From Calcarisporiella thermophila CBS 279.70 (Eukaryota > Fungi > Calcarisporiellomycota), in NCBI RefSeq assembly GCF_041956535.1, contig NW_027192197.1:1066036-1130035 (forward strand): a DNA stretch of 64,000 bases, given 5' to 3'. The stretch's first letter is position 1, and the number at the start of each line of letters is the position of its first letter. The notes beneath the pieces were generated by a model. It was given only the letters and a program-made list of their open reading frames with translations. It made no database searches and was not told the origin of the DNA. A program made the position numbers and the translations under genes. Of the stretch, positions 40,264-59,479 are shown in pieces.

Positions 40264-41015
40264 CCTATTTTAAACTAGTAAGTCTAGATGGAACCACCAC
40301 CGCAATCGCCCTCGATCGCACCCACCTTATATTAATATATCGGAATATAGACTAGAATACGATTTGGTTGACAGCCGATCCTCCAAATGAGAATGGATTG
40401 GCAAAGTAGCAGGAGCGGGATGGGGTAGGATGGGGTGACAAAAGGGAGAGCCGGGAAATATTCTAGGGAATGAGAGAATCACGACCTCGCTCTAAATGAA
40501 GTGCTCTTGTGTGAAACGAAAAAGTCAATTTCGAATTTCCAAAGTTTATTTTACTGAATTCATCCTCTATTTCCCCACGTGAATGTCGAGAGCTGAGAGC
40601 GAGCACAGCCAGAAGTCTACAACGTGGGGGGTCCTGCTGGATTGCCTCCACTCTCCCGCCCAAGCCCTTCCTTCGTCCTTGCTCTTGCCCAGCGCCCCCC
40701 ACGGCTGAAAGGCCGTGTTCTCCAGCAAAAGATGCAGACAAGGGAAAAGAGAGGAAGAGAGCGGAGGCTCTTTCCTTCTCCTCTTGGCGATGGGCACGTT
40801 GCCTCTCCTCCATGGTAATGCTGTCGCGGAGGATGATAACAACGATATGTGCCTTGTGCTAGGGTATCGCTAGACGGCCCTCTCTGTCGAGCGCTATCTT
40901 GCCTAGCTGAGAAATCCATAAGGATGAATTATTAAGCCACATGCTTGGCGAGAGTTGTTTGCTCTTTAAAATTTCATTTTCTGGAACCATTCTTATCCCT
41001 CTGCATCTTCATATA

Positions 41016-41624
41016 ATGATGGCTTCGGCACAAACCTTGTTTCGCGCAGCCCCGCGCACTCTCCCGGTTACCCCTCGCTATCCTCTTGCCCGTCTTCGTC
41101 AGCCCATTATGCTCCGCCGATCTCCTACATCGGGCAATGCTTTTCCTCGTCGATCCTATTCTACTGCACCCCCATCCCCATCGTCTCCCCAATCCACAGT
41201 TGACAAACCCTCAAAACCCGGTAAATTTAAAGAGCTAATGAAGAAATATGGCCCAATGTCCGTGGTGGTGTACATGGGCGTGTCCACCATCGATCTCGGG
41301 GCGACTTTTGCAATTCTGCAGATTGCAGGGGGCGAACACGTCCTTAAGATCGAGGACTGGTGCAAGGAGAACCTGGGCTTCTGGAAGAAGCTTTACGGGG
41401 GCGACAGCCATGAGGAAGACCAGGCTGTAGCTGTTGTCGAGAAGGAAAAAGCCCAGGGCAATGGCCAGCCGTCAGTCTGGACTGTTTTCGCCATTGCTTA
41501 TGGAATCCACAAGCTCCTGGTGCCCCTGCGTCTGGGGCTCACAGCAGCCATTACCCCGCCGCTTGTGAAGAAGCTGCAGAGTATGGGGTGGAGAGTTGGG
41601 ATTGGCATGTCGAAAAAAGCATGA
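41016..41624 (+). CDS. Mitochondrial FAM210/DUF1279-family protein
   Basis: Arg-rich presequence, KFKELMKKYG...VYMGVSTID, FAIAYGIHKLLVPLRLGLTAAITP. Confidence 0.85.
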   Translation: MMASAQTLFRAAPRTLPVTPRYPLARLRQPIMLRRSPTSGNAFPRRSYSTAPPSPSSPQSTVDKPSKPGKFKELMKKYGPMSVVVYMGVSTIDLGATFAILQIAGGEHVLKIEDWCKENLGFWKKLYGGDSHEEDQAVAVVEKEKAQGNGQPSVWTVFAIAYGIHKLLVPLRLGLTAAITPPLVKKLQSMGWRVGIGMSKKA

Positions 41625-41856
41625 CATGGACTACGAATAATAGACAAGGCTTCTGTTCTCTCTTTTCTATTCTCTTTCCGCTGCTTATTCAGCTAGACCT
41701 TGGTTTCAATAGAGCACACTTTCCACAGTATAGCATAGATATATCAATATATATATATATGTATATATATACTTGTGCATATTTATATAGTTAAACTTTT
41801 GAATGGGAGAAAACAAGAGGAAAACATTCTAATTAATAAGGTTACATACATGAAAA

Positions 41857-42273
41857 TCAATAGTCAGTCATCATAATCTTTACAAACTCCTCGTAGTTGA
41901 TAAGCCCATCCCCATCAACATCACCCTCCCTCAAGATGTCCTCGATCTCCTGGGGAGTCAAGTTCTCGCCAAGCACGCTCATGACTTCCTTGAGATCTTC
42001 GCCGGAAATCTGGCCGTCTCCGTTCTTGTCCAAAAGGGCGAATGCCTCACGGAATGAAGCCTCCGAGTCGTTCTTCTCGTTCTCCTGGTGCTTCTTGATG
42101 ATATCGAGGAATCCATTCATGTCGGTGTTGGAGGAAATCTCCGTGGTGGGCTTGCCGAGCGAGGTAAGAAGGGCATTGACGTCGGCGGCGTTGACTCGAC
42201 CGTCCTTGTTCTTGTCGAGGATGGCGAAGGCGTCCTTGTATTCGGCGAGTTGCGAGTCGGTGAGCGAAGGCAT
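41857..42273 (-). CDS. Calmodulin-like EF-hand protein with deleted EF2 loop
   Basis: LTDSQLAEYKDAFAILDKNKDG, FREAFALLDKNGDGQIS, LGENLT, DVDGDGLINYEEF; 138 aa. Confidence 0.85.
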   Translation of the reverse strand: MPSLTDSQLAEYKDAFAILDKNKDGRVNAADVNALLTSLGKPTTEISSNTDMNGFLDIIKKHQENEKNDSEASFREAFALLDKNGDGQISGEDLKEVMSVLGENLTPQEIEDILREGDVDGDGLINYEEFVKIMMTDY

Positions 42274-43044
42274 TACGGAAAGGATATGTGTCAGCTGGAG
42301 ACAAGGAAGAGGAGGCGGAGGAGGCCGTTAAATAGCAAACACAAATGAGGAAGAAAAAAAATTTGCGGATAAAAATTAAAGAAGGGGGGATTTAAACTGG
42401 GGGGGGTGGAGAGGGTAAAAGAAACTGTATTGCGGGTTTTTCACCAATCACGGCGGTGCGCCATTTTTTCATTTCATTTTTCCGTGATCAACGTCACCTC
42501 CCCTTCTTGGCCAGCCAATGTGACGTATGTTGGCAAACGTTAACCTACATCGGCTCAATGTATAGGGTTGTTTTATTGCAGGCATTTCATTCTCAATCGG
42601 TTGGTTTTTGAGACCAGCCTGCTCTCAGGCGACCAGCCGACAACACCGCCCGAGTCCTGCCCTGGCTGCAAATTGGGGAACATGGAGGCGGGTGCGCAAT
42701 CAGATCCAAACCAGCGTAGAGTCAACCCCATAATCTTGGGTTAACCTGAAAGCGTTACTGCGGTTTCAAGCAGAAACTCAAGGAAGGAATTTCCTTGGTT
42801 TTCGTATTTAAGCACGTCCAATAGGATTGTGCGGTGGTTAAGTAAGTCAGCAGCAGAAAAAAATAAAGACTTTGCGGCCATCGTACGTTTTGTTCCCTCC
42901 TTTGCTCTCTTTTCTCTATAGAAAGCTTGTAGATTAATAAGGAGTATTTAATTACCATTAGACTTTTCTTTTCGTTTTCTTCTTCTTTCGTCTCTCGTCT
43001 CAGTTAACGTCTCTAATCGATCTTCTTCCCACTCCCCATTCAAA

Positions 43045-44190
43045 ATGGTCCATGAACAGCAATATACTAGCGAGCACAACTTCAAATTCCTCAAGGACAG
43101 GATCGTCGGCATCGTCGGTGTTCCTTTCTCAGGCGGACAGGTACAGTATCCCCTGCTTTGACTCTGGGGCTCTGCCCTGTTGGCGCACCTTTCGTCTCTG
43201 CGTCCTATATCACTGGGTTGATGTAGCGCATTGTTTACGGATGACTGCCCTGAGCAAAGCAAATTATGACCGTGGGAAAAATGAGACGCTTACCCTTATG
43301 TTTACTTTGTGTTTATTTTATGGTAGCCCAAGGGCGGTGTGGAGGAGGGGCCAGTGCGTCTCGTCGAGTTTGGGCTCATTGACCAGCTAAAGGATCTCGA
43401 CTGGAAGGTGGAGTTCGATGGCCACCAGGATTACACTCAATTGAAGCCCGAGTCTGACCCCGAGATTGGCAATCTCAAGAACCCCCGCTACGTCTCCCGC
43501 GTTACGCAGGAGGTTTCCCGCCGCGTTGCGGCCCACGCCAAAAAGGGCAATCTGGTCCTCACCCTGGGAGGCGACCACAGCATTGCCATGGGCACCGTGT
43601 CCGGCGTGTTTGAGGCCCACCCCGACGCTTGCTTGATCTGGGTGGATGCACACGCCGACATCAACACCCCGCAGTCCACCGAGTCCGGGAACTTGCACGG
43701 ATGCCCGGTGTCCTTCCTGATGGGCTTGGCGGGCACCGTCCCCGAGTTCGAGTGGATTCGCCCCGTGCTCAGGCCCGACCGTATTGTGTACATCGGTCTC
43801 CGTGACGTCGACCCTCCGGAGAAGCAGATTCTCCGCAAGCACGGCATCAAGGCCTTCTCGATGCACGAGGTGGACAAGTATGGCATCGGGCGCGTGGTGG
43901 AGATGGCCCTCGACCACGTGAATCCCAACCGCGACCGACCCATCCACCTGAGCTTCGATGTGGATGCGTTGGACCCCAGCGTCGCCCCCAGCACCGGCAC
44001 TCCCGTGCGCGGCGGTCTGACCTTCAGAGAGGGCCACTACATCTGCGAGGCCCTGTGCGAGACCGGCCTACTGGTGGGCGTGGACTTGGTGGAAGTCAAC
44101 CCTGCGCTCGCCGACAGTGACGCCGTCTACCAGACGGTCACCGTAGGGTGCTCCTTGACACGCTGCTGCCTCGGGGAGACGCTTCTCTAA
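43045..44190 (+). CDS. CAR1: Arginase, 2 exons (intron 43141-43326)
   Basis: GVPFSGGQ|PKGGVEEGP, LGGDHSIAMG, WVDAHADIN, SGNLHGCP, SFDVDALDPSVAPSTGTPVRGG. Confidence 0.97.
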
Positions 44191-44659
44191 GCACTCCCAT
44201 CTGATTAGATAACCTGTATTTTCATCAATCCATTTTTCCTCTAGAATGTTGACATCTGTTCCATTAACCCCCCCTCATTGATCCCGTTCCTCCCCCTCTT
44301 CCCCCCCCCCCCCCTGATTGTCTCCTCTCCTCCTTTCTTGACTTGTGCTATTAAACCAAATCTTCCTTGACCTCCCCAGTGTGGGCCAAGCCCAGAAAGT
44401 GATTTTGGCCCGGCCCCGACCGCCTGGAGCCCCGGCTGAATCGAAATGTGGATTTTCCGGTTTCCAAATTTTGGCCCGCCCGGCCCCTGCAAGAGTGGTG
44501 TAAAAATAAGCTTTGACAACGCCGGTGGTACAAGCGATGTGGGAAATCTTTTTGTCCTTTCGCCGCTCAATTTTCTTTTTTTGCCGGCTTGTTTCGTCCA
44601 TCATTGCCATTCCTTTCCATTGCGATCCAGCCTGGGACTCTTAGTGTCATTGGTGCAAG

Positions 44660-44996
44660 ATGAGCGCTCCCCAACGAAAAAAGACCAATCTTAACCAGCT
44701 TTCCGAGGCAAAGCTAAAGCGCATCGCCGAGCATACCCAGCGATTACAGGAGTACTTGGAACTCCCCCGTATACGGGTCTCCGAGGCTAGCGAATCGTAA
44801 GTGTTGTCGTGTCTAGACCCTTGTTGCTTGATGGCTCCAACGGGAGAACATACTAATGACCATCTTTGCGCCTATCAGATTAATCAAATACTGCAATTCA
44901 ACACGCGATCCGCTAGTGCCCTCGATCTGGGGCCCCGTTGACAAACGGGAAGATCCCTTCAGCCCCCAAAGAGAAGGATGCTGCGTTGTGCTCTAG
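44660..44996 (+). CDS. Heterotrimeric G-protein gamma subunit (Ste18/Gpg1 type), 2 exons; not in ORF track
   Basis: Splicing 44797-44878 gives MSAPQRKKTNLNQLSEAKLKRIAEHTQRLQEYLELPRIRVSEASESLIKYCNSTRDPLVPSIWGPVDKREDPFSPQREGCCVVL, a GGL motif with a CCaaX end. Confidence 0.93.
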
Positions 44997-45570
44997 CTCT
45001 GCCATGCGTTGTGTATATTCCTCCCACTCTGCCTACCCGCACTGTTTATTTTTATCTATCTCTCCTTCAACCCAATGCTGCCATGTCTTTAGATCATGTC
45101 TCCTTACCTTATGTGTTTATCTATTATTTACCGAATTATCCCCGATATTTCCTACTTCCTATTCGTGTAGCTATCCCGCTTTCCGCTCTTTCCAAAACAC
45201 ACATAATGCTCTCGTCTCCGGGTGGTAATAGGTTGCATTCCCTTATTTATCTTATATTTATCATGGGGAGGGTTTTCCGGATCCTATTCTACTAGAGAAT
45301 AATAAACTATTCTTTTCATATGGCCCTCCTTGGGGTCTTTTTTTTTTTCATTTCCTCACGAAACCCCTCGAGTCCTCTCGACTCCCCCATTTTTATTAAT
45401 TCCTGCCACGCCTCCCCCTTTGGAAATTTCTTAGATTATCGAGATGCTGGCCCACGCTCCCCGACTGTTTCAGGTACAAAGGATCAAATGCCTCAAATAT
45501 GGGGGAAATCGATTTAATAAATAGGATAAATGACCAAACAACCAACTCGATTACATGTCGTGCCCTCATC

Positions 45571-46235
45571 TTACACCATTATTAGCAAGGTGCCTAAGAG
45601 CACCACTACGGCTACCATCCCAGCCCCTCTTCTCGTCTCAGCCCCGCTTGCTTGGCTTTTGCCCGGCACCGCTGTGGGACTCCCCGATGCAACCGGGGCG
45701 GAATTGGCGGAATTGGCGCTGGTCTGCGTCGGCCTCTGCTGATTGGACTCTGGGGTGGGCGTGTTGCTCGCCGCCGTCCCCGCCAACGCGGGCGGTAGCT
45801 TGCCCTCCTTCAGCATTTGGCAACTCTTCTCAAGCTCTTCGGGCGGAGGGATGGTGGTCGTGAGGCTGCCCCCCGGACATCCCTTGAAACAGGTGCTGTA
45901 TTGCGCGGTGAAATCCTTGGCTTCACATAGACATTTGCCCATGTTGACCAAAGGTTCCGAGGTAGAATTGGAGGAGCGGCTGCAGTTAGTAATGGTGGTC
46001 ATATAGCCTGTTCTCGTCTTACCGTCAGCCATGCGGCAGAGCAGCCAAGGGGGAATAGTTAAATGTGGAATTTACCTTGACACTTTTCCATCACGCAAGC
46101 CAAGTCATTCCCCGCATCCGGGCTCGAGTCGACGGTGGTGTCCTGGCGTTTCACCAGATCCGCATAGGCGGTGAATGTATTTGCAAGCGCAAAAGTCGGA
46201 ATCAAGGCCAAGAGAAGGATGGGTTGGAGGAGCAT
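45571..46235 (-). CDS. Secreted Cys-rich, probably GPI-anchored protein, 2 exons
   Basis: Signal peptide MLLQPILLLALIPTFALA, KR site, Cys-rich domain, S/T/P linker and hydrophobic C-terminus. Confidence 0.7.
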
Positions 46236-46715
46236 TGTGGAGCTCAATGCAATTAAGAGAAAGGAGCAAGTATGCAGTGGGAAAGGAGAGGAAAGATGTC
46301 CAAGAGGAGCTTGCGGGTATGGGAGGAGAAACGGGGGAAATGTACTTGCTTCCGCGCTCGAAACAGCACCACATGAAATATAGGGCTAGTTAGGTTGCAC
46401 GGTGGGAGAGAGCGTTTGAACTTTATATGAACTTAGTTTTTCGCAGTCTCCTTTCTCTTCTCAAGGCTCCAGCCGACTTCTCATATGGGAGGCGGTTTGT
46501 AAGCTGCATGCTTTGCCCTCCTAGCTAGTAGCGGGATCCTTCGTTGTTCAATTTCCAAACTGCTTGGAAAAGTATAGGCTGTAAGTAGACCACGGGGCCG
46601 GGGGAAACCAAACTCTCAGTCGGATGAGTCTGTGACCGTCTCACTTTCTTCGTCCTCGATTTAGATTCATCTCTCGAATTTTGAACGTGTCGAGTAAAAA
46701 TAAACCAGCAGAATA

Positions 46716-46780
46716 CACATACATACATACACACACACACATATATATATACATATATATATGTATGTGTGTGTGTATGC
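46716..46780. repeat. Compound (CA)/(TA)/(TG) microsatellite, roughly self-complementary
   Basis: CATACACACACACAC-ATATAT...ATAT-GTATGTGTGTGTGTATG. Confidence 0.85.
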
Positions 46781-46959
46781 GGGTGTGTAGATTGAATTTT
46801 GTAGAAAGAATGCTTATTTAAATTTAGCCGCGAAGAAGACAATAAAAAGCAAAAGGAAGAATGAGAGGGGAGGGTCGGAAGGAGGAGCCAAGGAGGGAAA
46901 AAAAAGAAAAAAACAAAGCAATATTATCATGAAACTATGCAGAATGGAATAAACTATTT

Positions 46960-53159
<6,200 letters not shown>

Positions 53160-53640
53160 CCTTCTCTTTAACTATAATGCGGATGGAGATCTGTCAGAAT
53201 TTCCACCACGCGTTTTCACTTTTACAAACTCCTCTTGTGACTGTATTCCAATTTAATTGGTTTTAGGTTAGGGTTTTAGTCCTGGTATGGACATGCTTTC
53301 TGACTTTCAGTTGTAGTTCATCTTGCTCGTTTAGCTCTCCCTGCTTTTTATTCTTATATTCTGGCTTATTCTTTAAGCTATTAACCGAATTGTTACTATT
53401 TCGTGACTGGTTCACCCCTCTCCTGAGAATAAGGACAATAGTTTATTAGTTAAGATCTCTCTTTTAAACAACAATCCAGTCTGTTAAACGGAGTAAAAGA
53501 AACAAAGAGCGAAGATATTGGTAGGTGAAATTAAAGATATTTATCTTTGTTAAGCAGAAAGTAGAGAGGATATTGAAATAAGACAAACACTTTAAATTGC
53601 TCTATAAATGCATTAAATAATACGTCAGCGGGTACAATAG

Positions 53641-55665
53641 TTACAGTTTCGATTTTTGCTTGAGATCAAGCGGAACCTCCAAGAGTGCTTCTCGGACCCT
53701 CGAAACATTTTCAACACTCATACCACAATGTTCCACTAGATAATGCTCCACCGTACCATACACCCGTCTGAATGCACGTAAAGTTCTCTGCATTGATTCT
53801 TGGGAGGCAGATAGGAAGGACTGCACTTCCTCAGGAGCTAATGAATCGTCGAAGGTATTACTTAAGAAATTTGCGGCCGTATCGGAATCTGAAGCGAATA
53901 CATAAAAATATCAGACAATCATTAAGAGTAAAGAGTATTCCACGAATATTACGTGAAAGTGCGAGCTGTGTTAGCGCATATTCTTCGCAAACAAATTCGG
54001 GCTCTAGTCCCAGCAAAACAAGCAGTAACATTACAAAAACCCCAGTCCTATCCTTTCCGCCAGTACAATGCACTAGCAGTGGCTCATGCGGATTGGAGGC
54101 TATATGTTCAAACACGTTACGATAGGCGGTAGTTCCAGAGGCAAGGATAGTCATGTAAGCTTAAAAAGAATAAAGAGTTAAGAGAAAATCATTAATTGTT
54201 GGAGGTAAACTATTCAAAATCACCCTCTTCGTATCCTGCAGGGCCCCGAGTATAACAGCTAAATCGCTCTTGCAACTTCTCTGGCGAATAATCCTCCATA
54301 GAAAAAACTGGGATGTGGTGTCGTTGTATTCCAGGAATTTCCCTAAAGTTTGCAATCACATTAGAATATCCTTTAACATGACAGGCCATATCCAGGATCC
54401 CTTACTTTGAGGGCATTACTTCGCTCTCCAGTATGGATCGAAAGTCAAATATATGCTTCACTCCCAACCTTCGTAATGTTTCTATCCCTTTCTCAGTAAG
54501 TCCCGACAGTCTAACAATAAAAAAAAAATAAGCACAGTTCCTATGAATAGAGACACCGTTTTTCAAATTTAATGCGACAATGCTTACTCTCCTGACCGAT
54601 AAATATATCTTGCTCGTACATGCTTTTGTTCACGCGTGATCCACCCCCCTACATCTCTGAAGTTGAAAACACCTTCTACTTCAATCCATCTCCTTACTAC
54701 ACAGTGGTCATTTATACTTCGCAAGACTCTTCTCTTTTGGCTATTTTTTCCAAAATAATCCAAAATAATATCCACCACTTGTTGACCATATCGGCCACTA
54801 AAATTATGGTCAGCACCGGGTAAAATGCGGAGAGAGTGAGTGGGGATGCAATTCGCAAATTCTGTCGCATCGGTAATAGAAACGAAGCGATCCTGAGTAC
54901 CATGGCAGGTGAGAACAGAAGTTGAACGTGGAAAAGTCTCTACATGGCTGTTATCCAACTTGCTAGTGTTTAAAATTTGCTGGCGAGAAATTTGATAACT
55001 CTTTGTATAATTTCCACAGACAACAGTGGCATTAAAATAGCCCTAATGAATTGTTCGACTCACACTTATATAAGGCAATAAAGAATCAATGAATTTCTCT
55101 CAATTACCATTCTTTCGAGTTGTTCAAGTAAGTGTGGTGCCATTTCTGCATTTTCGAAATTCTTCAATACTAAACGCATATGAAAACGGCCTGCAATGTT
55201 GACCACATGTGGGATGGTGCGATTATGCAGGCTGGCGTATTTAAGGCATGCGAATGCACCACGTGAATGACCGATGAGTGCGTATATAAAGTACCCTTCA
55301 TTTTCAAAATGATTGACAACCGTGCTCAAGTCAGCGACATTGCCCTGAAGAAAAAAATATGATATGAACGATTCAGATGTCACAAGCAATTGGTAAACAT
55401 TTACCTCAGCATCATCGTAAGGCGACATACCTTCGCTCTCACCTTCACCACGAAAGTCGAAACGATAGTTATCAAATGGCAGACTTTCTGCTAGCAATCG
55501 TTGAAAACAGTAATTTTTATGCCCGTATACCCCATGGCAAATTATTGCCAATCGTTTACGACCAGAGAGCTGGTCTATTGTCAGCTCCGATACAGGGCGA
55601 GTTTCAAGGATTCCAACAAGACGCTCATGGTAGCGTGTGTGGACGATCACACGGGAAGAGGGCAT
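53641..55665 (-). CDS. Alpha/beta-hydrolase fused to a tyrosine phosphatase (Y_phosphatase3-type), multi-exon
   Basis: ICHGVYGHKN, RFDFRGEGES, IGHSRG, HGTQD, GADHNF; then in the same exon EGVFNFRDVGG...IYRSG; later HCTGGKDRTG. Confidence 0.85.
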
Positions 55666-56336
55666 GAGTTACAGTACCTCTGTTCGGGAAACATGAAATT
55701 TTCGTTTTCGATGAGGGTATGTAATTACAAGATTTTCAATGTCCGAATACTGATATTAGAGCATGACCAGAATCAAGGTCCCGAGTATACAAGCTAATGG
55801 CGTCTTTCATATTTTCAACATAAGAGTATTCTTTGATTAGTGATCATGATTTTTATTAGTTATCCTAGAGTTGAACATGTTAATACGACGAATAGAATTA
55901 TTTGGCACTGATCTCGCTATATTCATCGCAAATCAGTAGGATATTTATGATTTTTATATCTCAGCTTCAGGCATAGCAAGAATAAAAATACCAAGTATGT
56001 ATCAATTGAATTCGGTTCATATTGTTTATACGCTCTGTGTACAAGGAGTTAGACGATTGTAGCCATAATCAGACCCATGTGCCCTGTGATGTCAATGAAT
56101 AATAATAATAGACTAACCATAGAATGTTTAATTAACCAAACTTACTCAATGATTCAAAAATCGAGCGTATAAAGATAGCCGCTTAAGCAATCCTTATCCT
56201 CAAATAAAACCAGATATATGTATTTATATATGTATATTCAAGGGGGGAAGAAGTCAAAATTTTGTAATACAGTGATTGTCTAGAGCAGATAGATATTACG
56301 GAGTGTATATGGCTAATATGGAAGAAAAATAGGTTT

Positions 56337-57703
56337 TCAATTGGTAGTTGATGGAAAAGCGGGAACTTGCACTGTCCGGTGTCCACTTTCAGTGTCAAGC
56401 GATAGCTGACTAAGGCCAATTGCCTCTATCTCCCGCGCGGTTAACCGAATTCCAAAATACTCCTCCAAAATCTCTTGTCGTTCTGCCTCCGTTTCTATGA
56501 GTCGGTCCTCTACGCTTTTGCCATCTTGTAGTACCTTCAGCTTATCATTGATCAGAGTCACTCGCCCTCGAAAATCGGGGGTTGGTCTCGAAGCAATAAT
56601 GTTGCTCGCAAAGATAGCTGGTGATGAGACGCAATAAATAGCCTTTGACAGATTGATAAAATCGGCATGGTACACCTCCTCATCAGTGAATGCATAGAGC
56701 CGTTGCCAGCCATCAAGGCCATCCCGGGTGTAATTTAACATCCAGGTTTGACCCTGATCCGTCCTTCCCCCGCTAAGAGGGGTGCTTTTGGGGCGACGCG
56801 TCTGTACTGGCGACAAGGGTTCAAGAGTAAACTTGTAGATTTCATTTGGAAGGCCCGCATGGAATTCCTGTTAGAAATGCGTGACAAATATTTCATATAC
56901 AAGATTAGCCCTTCATTGCTGCAAAATTGACCCAATGAGTTTAGGCCCACCTTATTTAGCTGTATCGGAAGAGGCTCCAGTGGTGCAGAACTTCCAAAGC
57001 CTACGTCTATTAAATATTGGGTCCCTTCAGAGTCGATCCAGAAGTTTACCATATGGGTGGTCGCTGGAATATGGAGCCCATATTCTAAACCCATGGCCTC
57101 AGTTGTTACGCGGGCCGAGCCACTCCAGAGCGGATCGAAATTGAAGGCACGTAGGACAGCAGCAAACAATGTATTTTGCTCGTAACTAATAAAGGAGATT
57201 GTAGAGCAATCAGCGAAAATCAATATCACGACAAGTGAGAATCCAATTCATACCAAAAACCAGCCAAGTTTCGCTCCATCAGCTTGTAAATCAGATCATT
57301 GAGATTTAGATTCACACGCAGATCCACCATCGGCGGAGGTCGGTTGATTTTCTTTGGAACACCGTCTCGCGATCTTTCATCATTATTAGGGAGCTCAGGG
57401 TCAAAATACAAAACTCCAACATTCCCGAATGTAAAATGGGTGACATGAGCTCTCTTTAACGTGGTTAGGGTTTCTAGATTAGGCTATTAGATGCAACATT
57501 AAATCGAGATGCTTGAGTTTAAAATTCCACAAGAAATTTACCGGGGGGAGCTTTTCACCCTCTAGTGAGGGAATATTGTCATGTGAGTCACCGTTTTGTG
57601 TGATAGGGACAAATTGCCCATCGACCACCCGCAATCCAACATGGTGAAGATAACGTGCAAGTTGGTGGGAATTTAATGTAAGAAGGGGTTCATCAAGATA
57701 CAT
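56337..57703 (-). CDS. Arylamine N-acetyltransferase family protein, multi-exon
   Basis: AHVTHFTFGN, spliced GFC-YEQNTLF (catalytic Cys), THMVN (His), YLIDVGFG (Asp), ILEEYFGI. Confidence 0.85.
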
Positions 57704-58322
57704 AGTAGGGAATCGACAACTATAATGCTAAAAATGTTGAAAAGAAATACAAGCTATGGTTTGAATAGCGAAATATAGTGGGCGAGACGAAAACGCAGAA
57801 TTAAAACCCTTTTATAGTAATGCTGGTCCCCACGATGGATGAGTAACCCAATATGCACAGGAATATCGTGTCATATTACACATGATTCCCGCAATGACTA
57901 ACTGATAAGTCTGAAGCAACTTCTATTCTTGGTATGCGCTCTCCCCTACGCTTACAAATTTGAGTTTTCAGACCAATGAAATAACTCTCAACGCCTAAAT
58001 TTATCCGTAGCTTCATTCCCATTTGATAGTTTCGCTAGGGCGAAGTTCCATAGGTAGTACTAATATGGATCCCTCTGGAGCTTTGATGTTTATTTTAAAG
58101 ACATTATTAACCCGAAATTATCTACTTCCATACCATCAACTAAGTAAAAAACAAAGGTCTAAATGACTGTATCTCCAATACGGGCTTGCACAATGGGAAA
58201 GTAGGCAGATGGAAAAATAGTAGTGCCATTGGCCACAAATATCGGAATAGCCTCAACAATGTCCATGAAAATTGTACTCGTTTCGCTTAACGCCTCTAAC
58301 TGCAGAACTGGTCTTAACTATA

Positions 58323-58580
58323 TTAAACACGCTTGCTTTGTGCCTTGCATCCACCTCTCCGTCGCTTTAACACTGCGGCTAGACTCTTTTCTTGCTTGAA
58401 ACAGCTGTCAAAGCTCGCTCCATCTGCGAAAAATCGGCTGTCCCAAAAGCCGTGTATTCCAAACGCATAAGAGTACCCATTCTCGAAATAGTCATCTCGC
58501 ACGCAAAGAGAAACTGCAATGGAATAAGAGAGATTAAGTACAGAGAGCACAAAAAGAGAGATGTTAGTGGTGAGTTTCAT
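58323..58580 (-). CDS. Possible small secreted protein or gene relic
   Basis: ATG-initiated ORF with a hydrophobic N-terminus; no recognised family. Confidence 0.3.
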   Translation of the reverse strand: MKLTTNISLFVLSVLNLSYSIAVSLCVRDDYFENGYSYAFGIHGFWDSRFFADGASFDSCFKQEKSLAAVLKRRRGGCKAQSKRV

Positions 58581-59327
58581 TGTAAAAAATAGTGCCTGGC
58601 TTTTGTAAAGATAAAACTTAATATATAAAAATCATTTGCTATTTCACTTTTTTATATGATCTCTCTAACATTGGTCCTATATCTCAAATCGTGAATAGAT
58701 CTATCAGTGATTAATTAAACTCAAGCTTTGAGTAATAACCACAAAAATTCGATCAAATCTCCGATTAGAATTCGGATAGGTCATTGTTAATGAAAAAGCA
58801 TTTATACTAGATGCAATTCCTCCTGCTTTTCCTGGTTATTTCAGGATGGCATCAGATTCAATTAAATATAAATAATAGACCCATGTTGTTGAGGAGTACT
58901 CTTGACAAATTTAAGAAGGGAAAATCGTCAAGTGTATTCGTATAGCAATGTACATATCAAGTAGAGAAATCTGATTAAATCTGATTAAATTTCTTATTGC
59001 CTAGGAATCATGTTAATAGCCTGTACCTCGTGATTAATAGAATAAATTGCACTATATGGAAAATAATTTAGAAAACTCATACTAGTAACTTACATGTTTT
59101 AGAAAACATGGAGTACTCCATTAAGCATCAACCAGCAGCTAAATCTTGAACTACTAACTGATCATGATGCAAGTATTTTTAGGTCCATCTCCTTTCTAGA
59201 TTAGTCATGGCTATTTGCGATTCAAAATATCGTATAAATAATATTTAGATATAAATAGAGTAAATCTGTACTTGGCCGCTAGAACCTCTATACTCAAAAA
59301 AAAATTTCTATCAACAAAGAGGTTGCC

Positions 59328-59398
59328 TGCGTCAGCGGGGAATCGAACCCCGTCCTTTTCCTTGGAAGGGAAATATTGTACCAGTCAACTACTGACGC
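59328..59398 (-). tRNA. tRNA-Gly(TCC)
   Basis: GCGTCAG/CTGACGC acceptor stem, TTTCC-CTTCCAA-GGAAA anticodon arm, GGTTCGATTCC T-loop, downstream T9 terminator (A run 59296-59304). Confidence 0.95.
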
Positions 59399-59479
59399 CA
59401 CGCTCGTGTTGTGAGGAAATTTGGAACTAAATGGATCAATGGCGCAGTAGTAGAGAATGGAAGCTTAGCTTTTGTGACT

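Noticed and set aside
53260-53280. Telomeric repeat TTAGGG
   Set aside because: Only one exact unit, consistent with chance.
58150-58300. Selenoprotein-like Cys-TGA frame (HGHC*GY)
   Set aside because: No homology or SECIS visible, and another frame is open across the same bases.
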